A stretch of DNA of 48,730 bases, counting the filler, from Catajapyx aquilonaris (taxonomy: Eukaryota), in the NCBI GenBank assembly GCA_000934665.2. It is 2 parts of 2 records of this genome, joined end to end, with 100 filler letters (N's around TTAATTAATTAA, not from the genome) between each part and the next. Parts side by side here need not be neighbours in the genome. Positions count along the whole stretch, not along the records: positions 1 to 24,313 come from KZ539374.1; 1 more part is not named here. One strand, written 5' to 3'. The notes under the pieces were generated by a model. The model did no database searches, was not told the DNA's origin, and worked only from the letters and a program-made list of their open reading frames with translations. Below are positions 1 through 11,968 of this stretch, piece by piece (the stretch's first letter is position 1; every line of letters starts with the position of its first letter). Position numbers and translations under genes: made by a program.

Positions 1-55
1 GGGGGGGGGGGGCGTGCCCCAGTGCCCCCCGCCCGCCCCCATAAATCCGCCACTG
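1..55. mobile_element. End of a CAGTGGCGGA-type MITE, cut by the window edge
   Basis: Ends in ...ATAAATCCGCCACTG, matching the terminus of the element at 17215-17398. Confidence 0.55.
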
Positions 56-185
56 CGTGTAATTAAATGGGCAAAAAACCCGTAAAACCGCACACGTGGA
101 CAAACGACCCTAAGGCACACCAATACTTTTGATGTGCGAATAATGTTCTGCGTATAGGATTGAGACATTGTGCTAAGTGAATGTT

Positions 186-430
186 AATAATGAATACCCC
201 GTGATAGGCCTTGGGCCTCTTAGGGGATCATCTTTTCGTGAACCGACTTTAATCATTGTCTGCGTGTGATTGCGGGAGGAAACGGGAGAACCCCGAGAAA
301 ACCCACGCGAACACGGAGAGAACCCATCGAAACAATATCCACATAAGTATCCTCTGTCCGATTCAGGGATCGAACTCGGGATCTTAGAGGTGGAAGGCTG
401 CGGCGCTAACCACTCCGCCACCAAACGCGA
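186..430 (-). mobile_element. tRNA-derived SINE, family A
   Basis: Minus-strand head has A-box TGGCGGAGTGG and B-box GAGTTCGATCC. Near-identical to the copy at 32485-32803. Flanked by direct repeat TAAGTGAAT(G/A)TT at 174-185 and 431-442. Confidence 0.85.
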
Positions 431-640
431 TAAGTGAATATTCAAATTTTTGAAATTGAAATAAAGGTCCGATAGCAGTAATGTCGTTTTTAAACATTGA
501 ACTATTAATATAACGCCTTTATTTCAATTTCAAAAATTTGAACATTCACTTATCGCGTTTGGTGGCGGAGTGGTTAGCGCCGCAGCCTTCCACCTCTAAG
601 GTCCCGAGTTCGATCCCCGGGTCGCGCAGAGGATACTTAA
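341..640. repeat. Inverted repeat (arms 341-467 and 516-640) duplicating the SINE head and its flank
   Basis: Direct reverse-complement match between the arms. Confidence 0.85.
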
Positions 641-1346
641 TATGTGGATTTATTCCCCCTCTTTATATCACGCTTTTTTTTCTAAGCCTACATTAGGTCT
701 AATTTTTCAAGCCGCGATGATCGTACGATTCGTACCTGTTCCGGACCGTACAAAAACAACAACAACAACAAAAAAAACATCAACGGCCCAACATGTTAGA
801 ACGGGTCCCCTTTCGAGGAGAAAAATTCATTATAGGAACGTATATTTTGGTGGCTGATAGGGTCACTTGAACCGGGATGGCAGCAGATCAAACGAAAATG
901 TTATTTTTTCCCTGAAAAGTTGGAAAATGTGCATTATTTATACAGTTTTGCCTTGATCCCCCCCGCGGGGGAGTGTTGCCCGGGTCGTGGCCATTGCCTC
1001 ATCCGCCCCTCCCGCCCCCTGTCCCCAATTCACCCCAAATAAACACCTTTTCACATACACCATACAACGCAACGCACCTCCCACTCCCGCCCGCCTCCCA
1101 AGACCCCGACCGTGCGGCCATGGGACCCTGGGGCCGTGGGGCCGCGACCGTGACCCGTGATCACAGTTCTGTGAATTCCGGAATAACGCCAAATAAACAA
1201 CCACGGTAACCTAGCAGCGCCCAAGATAGCAAACACATAAACACATAAGAAATAAACAGTGAGGACAATCTTTTTGAACGTGATAGTACATTATTGTCTT
1301 GTATGGACCAGCACCATTGATTTATTTCAGATCAGGGATTAGAGTA

Positions 1347-1688
1347 ATGCAGAAGGACTATTACGAGATCCTGGGCGTTGTATCCAACGCTGTAGATGCA
1401 GACATCAGAAAAGCTTATCTCAAGCTGGCCCTCATGTGGCATCCAGACAAGAACAAGGATCCTGGGGCTGAAGAGAAGTTCAAAGAGATTTACGGAGCCT
1501 ACCAGGTGCTGATCGACAAGGAGAAACGCAGGGCATACGAGGAGGAAAGGGCTCGTGCATCTGATCAGAAGAGGCGTGGACAAAGAAGTCCGACATGTTA
1601 TGCACCAGGATGGCCAAACAGTCAGCACGAATTTGTGTCGTGGCTAAGGGGTGATCCTCCATTTCATGGACCTCGAAAGTCTCGCTAA
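1347..1688 (+). CDS. Small DnaJ/Hsp40 J-domain protein, 113 aa
   Basis: [11 protein letters not shown]...[18 protein letters not shown]...[15 protein letters not shown] with intact HPD motif. Acceptor-like TTTATTTCAG ends at 1330; AATAAA near 1923. Confidence 0.85.
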   Translation: MQKDYYEILGVVSNAVDADIRKAYLKLALMWHPDKNKDPGAEEKFKEIYGAYQVLIDKEKRRAYEEERARASDQKRRGQRSPTCYAPGWPNSQHEFVSWLRGDPPFHGPRKSR

Positions 1689-2096
1689 GGCTTCAATTGC
1701 CAGTACACTATTGTGTTGTAGACAACTGACAACCTTGTGGTGATAATTATAGTAGTCGTATTTGTCCATGAAGTAGTGGATTATGATGCAAGGCATCTTT
1801 GTATTCTTCTCCACTGGTAACTAGTAAACTCTCATGTACCATGTACAATTGTGTATGTCATTTCATGAAGCCTTTAGGTCATGTGGTTGCAGCGCTGCTG
1901 AGCCCAGCATATCCACACTACCAATAAAACCTGAAACACAGCCATGAATGGCCATGATCATGTTCAACTGATTGTAGTTAGAAAAAGAGTGTCCCAACTG
2001 AGTCAATAACTGGGAGCAAAAGTGACCAGTCTCAAACCCAATACAGCTTTAAAATTCTGCACAGATTCCTGGAGGTGAGATAATTATATATTTTAA

Positions 2097-2344
2097 AAGC
2101 TGCTATACCCGTTCTTTGCACGGAAAAAAAGCGTTCAGATTTGTACAAAGATATTTCCAAGCATTATTTCCAAGCATTATTATTATTCAAGAACAAACCA
2201 GAATTTTACACTCTTCCATTTCCTGCTGCATATATGCAAGGGAATGAGCAATATTATTGCTTTAATAATAATAATGCTTTGAAAGATCTTTGTATAAATC
2301 TGAACGCTTTTTACCCCGTGCGAAGAGCGGGTATCGCAGCTAGT
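2097..2344 (+). mobile_element. Non-autonomous Helitron-like or foldback element
   Basis: About 70-bp imperfect inverted arms; 3' end reads CCCGTGCGAAGAGCGGGTATCGCAGCTAGT (GC hairpin followed by CTAGT). Confidence 0.5.
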
Positions 2345-3012
2345 CACAAATACGTAATATTAAAAAATGGACACTATGCTCCCGTTTTATTACTTCAAGA
2401 AATTTGACATAGAATGATATACACTTGATGGGTTCAGGGAATTGCATAACTTGTTAATACAGTTGAAACCAGTAGTTGTAACAGACTCGAAAGGCTGACG
2501 TTCCAGCATCCCATAAGACCATGTGTATTTTTTACTCCTGCTGACATAGCGGACACATTTTCACCTCACGTCGGCTGTAACAGACCATTTCTTGGTCCCT
2601 ATGTGGAAAAATATGCTGCTTTTGATTACTCAGGTTGATATTAAGTATATCTTAACATAGGCTATTATTTTCATAATTAAATCAGACTAACAGTAGTTGG
2701 CCAGTAGCACTCGAATTTCGTTTTTTATTACATCGGTCTTATGAAAATCATTTTAGGGAATTCTAGACGAGGAAAATCGTATCCGCATAGTGTAGACCTT
2801 AGAGAAGTGGTTCCCAACCCTTTTCGGGTCGCGACCCCCCTTTTATGACAGTCAAGTCACCTGCGACCCCCCCCCCCCNCCCCCCCCTCCCCGAGTGTTA
2901 GTAGATGTTGAAAAAATCATTGTGATGAAATTCCCTATAAAATTTATTTTATTTATTCTTTAACATTATAGTTATTCTTTAAGTTATAAAAATAACCGCG
3001 GTCTCTCATACA

Positions 3013-3091
3013 TATCATATTTCCAAGGGGGCCACGGAGCAGATCCAGGGGGCCCCTGGACCTGCTCCGTGGCCCCCTTGGAAATATGATA
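3013..3091. repeat. Near-perfect 79-bp palindrome
   Basis: TATCATATTTCCAAGGGGGCCACGGAGCAG...CTGCTCCGTGGCCCCCTTGGAAATATGATA. Confidence 0.85.
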
Positions 3092-3948
3092 GGTATAGCA
3101 CTATAGCTGTTATTATTTGTAAAATATTTTGTCCTTATCTTCAGAATACGTGTATGAGAAAATCTTGGCGATGGTGGTATAGCTGGTAGCAACGGGATTT
3201 AAAAAAAAAACTGAAATAAGAGCAAAAACATGCCCTTCAGTGAGAAAAAGGGGTAGTAAGACCTCCGTGGCGGAATGAAAGTACTGAAACAAGGCAGGCG
3301 CATGTAAGACCTTCCCAAATTGATTTAAGCTGTACAGTGTGTACCATAGGTCTTACTCAAGCAATTCTGAAGTACTGTGTGGAAGGACTCGTAAAAAATC
3401 GCTGCTGCAAACTACTCAGAGCAGTGGGAAGGGTTTCATTTTGAAAAGGAAAAAGAGGTGGAAAAACTGAACCCATCCTCACAGACTTGGACATTTTCCC
3501 TCCTGAAAATACAGAATCCAATAGAAAAACAGCACCCTCGAAAAAAATCACCAATATATTTACATGTGAAAATTAGTCTACATGTGAAAATTACATATTA
3601 CAGTTAAATCAGTATCTGAAAGAGGTGACAATATTTAAAGGGCGATAGCCCCTTAGTAAGACCGTAGCATAGATTTCAACAATGAATTTCTTCAACATCT
3701 TCTTCTTCTTCTTCTTGTTACGCTTTTTTTATTCGCCCTAACTCAAGTTCTGCTGTAGGTAGAGCTTCCAAATTTTGAAAACAGATGCCCACCGTCGTGA
3801 AGTGCATTCCTACCATTTACGGCTAAACTCAATTCCTCTTCAAAACGCCGCAAAAAATTTAAAACCACCAAAAAATACGTCTATATTTATTTGCTCAATA
3901 ACTATTCTGAATTCGGTTCCTTCTTCAAAGGGCCGAAGGTGCAGTGGG

Positions 3949-6231
3949 ATGGTGCGGATCTATGTTCAAAATCTCACAGTTCCCACTGCTACAGGCAGAA
4001 AGCCTATGTTGCTTAGCGACGAATACATGGCAAAATTGGTACTGAAGCTAAACACCACTTCTAAGTCTCTTATGTTTTTGCATTGCAGACCAAGACGCCA
4101 ACGCAGCACCGGTATTCAAGAACCCTGGAACAGCCATGGATTTGATGGCAGTGGCATTCCAAACCAGGATTTTGCCCCAGAATACTTCGTACCTACCGGA
4201 GCCTGTGCTCCTCCTTTTGTTCCCAGATCTGAAGTGCATCTTTACCCGGTTGTACACATGGTGAACTCAATCCCACAGCACATGATGCCCACGGTAGGTG
4301 GATCGTTCTATACCATATGACAACAAGGAGGGCTTGTGAATATTATTTTAGGGGTTTCAAATAATATTACGTCAAGATGTTCTCGCGATTTTCAGTCCTG
4401 ATGATTTCACTTCAGTGTCATCAAAAGTTGCAAGAATAAATTAATATGGTGCAGTACGTGTAAACAGTAAATGGTGGTATGAAAGGTGCGGGCTAACCTT
4501 CCTCTCGGACCCTATACGTTTCTCGGAACATTTCGATATGATATTATTATTCTAGTTCATTTTTGCGATTTATAATCTATTATGCAGATAATGGCATGTT
4601 AAGGTCACTCGCATAATTATATGCAAAGGGAGTTATTCTGCAGGTTAAACCAATCCTCACCTATCATTGCTACACGGTTCCCATGATGCACAGGATGTAA
4701 CAGTTTGGAGATAATAATATTAACAATATGCCTGAAGTTTTCAACTTTACAACTATAATTGTATTTCGGCGTTGACATAGAAAAAGGTTGTAAGTCAATG
4801 AATACATCCATTGCCTTACAACCGATGACTCTTCAATTTTTCTACTCGAAATTTAACCCACTTTTTCTGTTACCTTGACATCAGCCAGGCATAATGTTTG
4901 GGGCACAGTACCAGTACCTATACTGTATGTTGTACCTTATGCATTTGTCACCGTGAAGCATATCTTTCAAAAGTAGGCCTAAAATTCACAAACATTACTG
5001 TGAAGATATTATAAATCATAATCCATCATTATCTCCAATTTTGGCAAATTGTCATTTTCAGGTTCAGCCAGCTCCAATGGGCAATGTCATATACGTTCAT
5101 CCAGCTCTGCCCCCTAACCAAGCAGCAGTACTCCCAACATCGTACTACATAGACGGGGGCCCTGGGATGACATTTCCTTCCCTGTTTGCCCAACCGTCGG
5201 AGACATCTGCTATTGACCACAACGAAGAAGAATGGACGTCTATAAATGCTATGTGCGATCCTGTCAGTTATACTTGGATGGAGGGCGTCGTCAACACCGG
5301 TTCACCTCTGGAAAACCAACCAGGCAACCCCTCAGAAGACAGAAATGCTATGCCAAGTTCGGTCCAAGAAGCAGTGTCCTCCCAGGCTGAGATATTGCAA
5401 GAGGAAGATTCATATCCGCACTTGATTACCAAGGGAGGTTTGTTTATACCCTATGGAAAATTGCGAAGGACTGCGAATAACTTCGGTAGGCCTACCGTAA
5501 GGGTTAAGATACTGAAAGATAAGGCCAGGAATTATAACAAACCGACCTTGCCACCTGATGAAGCGCCTATAATTCAGGAATCCAGGGAAAGAATCCCGGA
5601 ACGAAAACGCATAGTCTGGCAGGGGATTTTGATTACCGGTAGTGACAAGCTGAGTTGGCACATGCCAGATTACGAGGAAGCTTTCGATGACCAACTTGAT
5701 GCATGCAAGGCCCAAATAACTTATGAGGGTAGGAAGGACAATGATGAGAACGACGAAGATCGTAAGAACAAGGATTGCGAGGACAAGGACATGGGGAACA
5801 GTTCTATAATGGATACGGCTAGGGACGAGAAACCTGAAGAAGGTAATAATAAGAAAGATATGGCTATGGAGACAAAGCTAACAGAAACCAAGATTGAGGA
5901 GAACAAGGAAGAGGACAAGACCGAGGAAACAGGAGAAACGACTTTGGAACTAAGGGAGGAGGAAACCTGTGATGGTACAGGGAAAGAGGAAGTCCAATCA
6001 TCAAGCGAGGATTCCCCTCAAATAGACGCACGGGGTCTCGACACCGCTTCCGAAGATGTCTTGATACATCCAGGCACGGACCCTAAGAAAACCATTGCGT
6101 GGCAGTCAGACATTGCAAATTCCAACGATCCAAGCAATCCATGTGCCTGGACCTTTACGAGAAAGGGGAAAGGCAAGAAGGGGAAAATAGTTCGCAGTAC
6201 TGTGGCTGAGAGTATTCGACCATCTCTGTAG
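3949..6231 (+). CDS. Putative two-exon orphan protein, about 504 aa (exons 3949-4293 and 5062-6231), Pro-rich then acidic and low-complexity
   Basis: Two long ORFs join in frame through a phase-0 donor ACG|GTAGGT and acceptor CATTTTCAG|GTT. Composition is continuous across the junction (PQHMMPT|VQPAPMG). AATAAA near 6522. Start codon uncertain; no recognisable domain. Confidence 0.6.
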
Positions 6232-6868
6232 AGAAGGGAAGGAGTCGTTCATGTTTCTTAGCCCAGGATGAAGTCACAAATTGAGCCTAAGGTCATGGTG
6301 ATAAAATATGAGGAAGCCTGGATACAAGAAGAAATGATACATGGAAGAGGCGTCCACATGCAGATTTTGTTGTTATTACGTTGACCATTAAATAGGAATA
6401 TTTTTTCCCTTCCCCCTATATTAAAAAAATTGCAACCGTCTCCACACCAAGCCCCTGAGATTATTTTATTATTCTGCTCCATGTATATTCTTCACATACC
6501 TATTCGTACCATATCATATGCAATAAAATACGATATGTCTTCCCTAGGCCTACCTGTAAAAGTCATTACAAACCCTGTGACCCAATAAAAGTTTCACAAA
6601 TGAGACGAGCAACGAGTGAGAACTTGGCTTTGTTAAGCATAAAATCGGGCTTGTTTAAGGACAATTTATAATATAAGCACAGATAATTATTTGAGGACGG
6701 GAAGAAGGTCACAGCCAGGGGAATGCAGGGCAAGTCCTCGAAGCTCTGACTCACAGCCGTCTTTTTACTAACTCTCTCCAGTGGAAAGGAGTTGAGGGAG
6801 GAAATGGGAAAAAATTAAACACTCTAAGAATGGTAACTCTTTGTTATTACAGTAATAATTTACAATAT

Positions 6869-7001
6869 TGGGGATGGATTCATTAAATGTCGTAAGTCAA
6901 ATATTTTCGTCGTAACCGGTAGTAACCATAGTGACTAATTAACTATGGTTACGACCGGTTACGAAGAAAATGTGACTTACGACATTTGATGAATCCACCC
7001 A
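6869..7001. mobile_element. Palindromic MITE or hairpin
   Basis: About 60-bp arms GGATTCATTAAATGTCGTAAGTCA.../...TGACTTACGACATTTGATGAATCC with a short loop. Confidence 0.7.
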
Positions 7002-7611
7002 CAGGCTAAGAAGTCCCAACCGGATTGATTTATTTCTTGCTTAACACGTCATCCATTTATGATTTGCATCATTATTGTCTTAAATATTCAAAGGAGATTT
7101 AGAAATGCACCATATAAAATTGGAAGATTAGAAAAGTACTTGTGCATACAATGACAGTTAGTACCATACTGTACTGTCTACATCTCCTGGTATGTTCCAT
7201 CTTGGGCCACACAAGTGCAATGGAATAAACTATTTCGGCATTATACCGATCTTCTGGATATTAATAGTGTGTCGTGATTGTCTGTTGTCTGTTGTACCTG
7301 GCTCCTGGGTAGAGTTTTGAGAGATCATTTTAAGTACTCTCAGTCATAATATTAGTAAATGCAATTTACCTCAGATGTTGATGAAAGAGTAGTGAAACAA
7401 TTAATCCTGATTTTTCATTATTTATTTGCAATGTTTTAAAGAAAATTGATACTATCTTGCAGCTAATCAGCTGCTGTTAATAGGGACACCCTAATTGAAA
7501 TCGCGATTACTTTGAAACTAAGCCTGCACAAACGACCAAATTTGAGCACAGATGAGTACAACCCGAGTACAAACGATTGGCCCAATTGAAATTTTGAAAT
7601 TCGCGAAAGTA

Positions 7612-8332
7612 CCGGGGTTATTCAAAATGAAGTACCTGGTTTCGTGATTTTTTATTGCCAGTGCCTTTAAAAATACGACAATGATAGCTACACAGTTGGA
7701 TAGCGAAAGTGTTCAAGTTTTATTTCGTACCACCCACCATCCAGTAGCTTTCGTCTCTGGCCGCCAAAGGACAGTTTTTTTTTTTTTTTTTGCAAAATGG
7801 CAACTAATGGTAGTGAGAACAGCATCTATGGTGAGAAGGCATTTTGAGTGCTGTATCTTCATCAAAATCAGTCCATAATCACCGATCAGCGGCACTTTCG
7901 CAAGAAATTTGGAAAAAAGCGAATGAAAAGCGATGGATCGGACGTGGGACAGAGACTGATCAGAAGCTCTTGTCCTGGGCACCTCGTTCTCCTGACCTAA
8001 CCCCATCCGATTTCTTCCTCTGGGGCTATGTGAAGGATAAAGTTTTGTTCCTCGTCCACCAACGACTATCCCGGCACTGCAGGAGCGTATCAGAAGCGCC
8101 ATTGAAAGCATCACCCCTGACATGCTGGGACGTGTATGGGAAGAAAAATGTATTTTCGGGTGGATGTCTGCGGAGTGACAAAGGGCGCACATATTGAGCA
8201 TTTGTAATGCAGCTAAAAAAACTTGAATAGTTTTCTAATACAACTGAAAAATAATTTTCATCCTGTCTCAAGTACCGGTACTTTACATGTGACGATTTTT
8301 TGAAACCAGGTAATTCATTTTGAATAGCCCTG
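7612..8332 (+). mobile_element. Internally deleted Tc1/mariner-superfamily transposon
   Basis: TA-flanked TIRs of about 32 bp. Transposase remnants EKAF*VLYLHQNQSIITDQRHFRKKFGK and WAPRSPDLTPSDFFLWGYVKDKV. Confidence 0.9.
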
Positions 8333-9937
8333 TACAGTACTAGTAGTGCTGCAGTGGCCAGGGTTAACTTCAACCCTACCATAAAATTGACCTAGCTGTC
8401 ACTCGGGAACGGTTGCAACACAAATCTCCATCTTCGGGGGCACAAATCAGCACAAACGATTGACATTATTGAAATGTTGAAATTCGAAAGTGGTGGGGAC
8501 AAGTTAACGGACGCCAAGAAGCTGGTTTTGTACCCTCTCCCTCTTCTTCCTGGCATCTTAGTGTAGGGAACTTATAGAAAATTCAACCACCAGGAAGTCC
8601 AGTCAAAGACCATGTGACACAGAGGTTAATTCAATTTAATTCAAACTACGTGACTTGATCTGCAAATCAAGTCTTCATTGGAGCTAGTGCGGCCCCACAT
8701 GAATCTATTGGGGGGGGGGGGGACGGATTCGAATGGCTAGCAGCGATAGATGCCAGTGGAGATGCGCCAGTGCAAAAATTCCGGGCTGGTGGAGACTACT
8801 GGGAGACTATGTAATTAAACTACCGTCTTGTAGGAGTAACAGGGGGCTGTTCTGGAGTTACCATCAATTGAGAACATCCCTAATAAAACCTTGATAAATT
8901 AACGACTTCATGTCACATTATATTGACAGTGTTGTAATAAAGAGCAGTTCGTTAGTTGCTTTTGAAAACTTTGGTGTGTTCATTGGGAATGTGGATTTCA
9001 ATTGGAAGTTACTAGGAAAATGGGAGCTGTTTCAGTTGGAGATTGATAAGTGCAAGTAGAACTACAGGCAGTACATAGCAAGTTGGCAATCACAGTAATT
9101 CCAGAGATCTTGAATGTTCCAGTTGTTGATTTGAACGATTTGAACTTTGCGCGTAGTTACTGCTGCTCCTGCCATCTGTCGATATTCGAATCGAAAGCCT
9201 CATCTGGTAGCTACTTATAGCTTATTCCTGTCCGTCAGGTGGATATCGCGTAGTAGCTGTTGCAATAATCCTCGTCCACCAGACACCAGAGAACGTGCAA
9301 GAAACACTGTTGAGTTCTGTTAGTTCTTCTTGTGGTATTTTGGCGGCTGACCATTCACTCAAGAATCTCCGGTTGCTCCTGTTAAGGCGACCTGCTTGCT
9401 GATTGCCTGAAGGTGAGGGGAACACCTGGACCAGACTGCAGGGGGTTGTTTTGGGTTGTTTTGTGTGATTGGTTGCAGAGGGATGATATGAGGACAGTGC
9501 ATTCATTCATGCTGGTGCCACACATTCAACCCCACACTGCAGGGTCATGGCCAATATAATAAGAGCAGGGTAAGGCCTGCTATAAATGCACTTTGGTAAT
9601 AAATTTGTCAGGATTTTGAAGACTTGTAATGGAAGTTTGCCAATAACAGCAGGTTGTGGAACTTGTTTTTGCCCTGATGTGAATGAACCCTTAAGAGCAA
9701 CTGGCAAAAACATGTTAGGTACATTCGTGTTCTGCCCTGCGCAATTCTGGTGCAGCAGCACTGCAAGCACTGCATTCATTTATACCAATGCATAAGCTCT
9801 CGTACAAGCTCTACTACACTGGCCAATAAACAAGTAAGGCCTATTGTGAAATAAGGGACAATAGATTTTATTATTGTTCTTGTTAAGTATTTATTACTAA
9901 TATAAACTTTATCATATAGTAGTTGTAAACTTAATTA

Positions 9938-11193
9938 CAGTTGAATCTGGATATAACAGCCTTGGCTATAACAGATTTTCAGCTATAACATACTCCAAAA
10001 GGCCAGTCAATGCAAACTTCCATATATGGCTCGTGTATTCTGTTGTAATCCCTGCCCAAATGTAGGAAGGCTGAGAAGTGAGGAGCGAAGGAAAAGTATG
10101 TCTTCTCTGTGGTGTCTGTAGCAATAGCGATCTTCTGCGCCATATCAAAAGTAAGCGTTGTCTCCTCCAGCAACTTTGGCCGTATATTCTCATCTGCAAT
10201 ACCCACCACAGGCTGATCTCTCAGGTGTTTGATAATGTCAGTGAAGTTGCAGGGTTCCGTTAGTCGCGTAGGTCATTAATGTAATTGAGGTGCTCAGAGG
10301 AAGAACAGCATATCCCAACAGGAGTTCATTTGTAGATAAATGACTTTTTGTGTTGTAAGACAGTAGGTTTTTCCATTACAGACCAATTTTACAAGTGGAA
10401 TATGTGAGCTTTGACATTATCCCAATTCATTTGGTACTTCAGCACATGAAAGGTAGATGGCAGGGGAGTACAACAGCACTACAATCTCAATATTGGGGTT
10501 GGTTGGGATATGCCATTCTTCCTCTGAGAGCCTCAATTACTAACAGATTCTCCTAGCTGCTGTCGGCATAGGTGAAACTTGCATCGCTGCACTATCTCTG
10601 ATGGTGTGGTGTTGAAGTGGTCTCCCACTGCAGCTTTGACATCATTGTAGGACATGTCGGACAGCTTCTTCGGAGCTACCACTGCACATATGGTGTGGAG
10701 TGTAGAAGGTCCCACGGCACTCAGCAGAACAGCCAGCCTCTCTCCCTCTCTGATCTTGTTAGCAGTAAAAAAGAACTCTTCTCGCTCCAGGTACTCGTCC
10801 CATGTCTCACTAAATTCGTTTGATGGGTCGAACACTCCCAATTGTCCGTGATTTGGCATGATGAGCTCTTGTAGTACATTGTACTAGGTTAGTACTAAGA
10901 TTCACACTGGGAGATCTTCGCAGCACAGCGTAGCCCTGTTGTAGGTATTACGTTATCTGCCTCATCACCAATTGTTGTAATCCCTGCCGAACGCAGGAGG
11001 GCTGGGAAGTGAGGAAGCAGGAAGGAAAAGTAAGTCTGTTCTGTAGTTCTGCTAGTCATAGAGTCCTTTATTTATCTTCGTCACTATCCAACCTCGCAAT
11101 ACATTACAATGCATCCATCACTACGCAACATATTTGGCTATAACAGACTGATTTCCGCGGTCCCTTGAAGTCTGTTATATCCTGATTCAACTG
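9938..11193. mobile_element. pogo/Tigger-like MITE carrying a nested LTR element
   Basis: TA|CAGTTGAATCTGGATATAACAG ... CTGTTATATCCTGATTCAACTG|TA. Confidence 0.75.
10041..11108 (-). mobile_element. Deleted Ty3/gypsy LTR retrotransposon (short LTRs, gag remnant)
   Basis: 136-bp TG..CA LTR at 10973-11108 followed by PBS-like TGGTGATGAGG. Partial second LTR at 10041-10101. gag-like ORF 10533-10859 (WDEYLER.EFFFTANKI...LLSAVG) with a continuation near 10110-10230. Confidence 0.85.
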
Positions 11194-11205
11194 TATTATT
11201 ATATT

Positions 11206-11276
<71 letters not shown>

Positions 11277-11277
11277 C

Positions 11278-11646
11278 CAATGGGGAAGGCACCGCGCCTT
11301 TCCCATTGGCCAAGATGGTAACGTCTCCGCTTGCTGAGCGGAAGGTCCCGGGTTTGATCCCCGCCCAGGATTTCCCTTCCGCCTGCGTCAGTGGGTCTCT
11401 GCCGGCTCCTAAGAAGGTGTCTGGGCAACCTAGCCTTCTGGGGGACTGCACATGACCCATTTCCGACATTGCACTTCCACCTGTGTCCCATCCCCAAAAA
11501 TCCCTATCCTTATCCCATGTCCTTTCATCCTTGCACCGGAGTTAGAAGAAAAATTCAGAAAATTGCAGGAAAAATGGTGGTATTCCACCCCCCTATAAGG
11601 GCCTCTGGCCCTATCACGGGGTAATGTAATAATAATGATGATGATG

Positions 11647-11695
<49 letters not shown>
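11278..11695 (+). mobile_element. tRNA-derived SINE, family D, within (TAA)n microsatellites
   Basis: A/B-box-like head (TGGCCAAGATGGTAA ... GGGTTTGATCCC). Homologous to 41788-42142. (TAA)n tail. Confidence 0.75.
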
Positions 11696-11697
<2 letters not shown>

Positions 11698-11849
11698 TCA
11701 ACAATAACTTGTAAACTCACAAGATGTGAACAGGAAATCTTTTACTCTTTGTTTATGTTCAGCAAGCAATATATTTAAAGGATCTGGTCAGGTGTACTCT
11801 TCTGATATGAATATGCATATCACTGCACTTGTTGAAATGCACTGTTTTC

Positions 11850-11968
11850 CTGGGGTGACCTTGGGAAACCACAGAAAACCAAGGTCAGGATCGCCGGCCT
11901 CCGGGATTCGAACCCAGGACCTCCCGATTAGCAGTCGGACACCATATCCACTCCACCACTACTGCTTC
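11850..11968 (-). mobile_element. SINE family C head fragment
   Basis: Homologous to 13880-13996; B-box GGTTCGAATCCC on the minus strand. Confidence 0.7.

Noticed and set aside
561..625. tRNA-like sequences here and at 11307, 12057, 13925, 32493, 38171, 40660 and 42070
   Set aside because: They have A/B boxes but continue into shared bodies, microsatellite or poly(A) tails and TSDs, so they are SINE heads, not tRNA genes.
11104..11720. Poly-Y, poly-L and poly-I ORFs (also 23783-24095)
   Set aside because: Translations of (TAA)n microsatellites.
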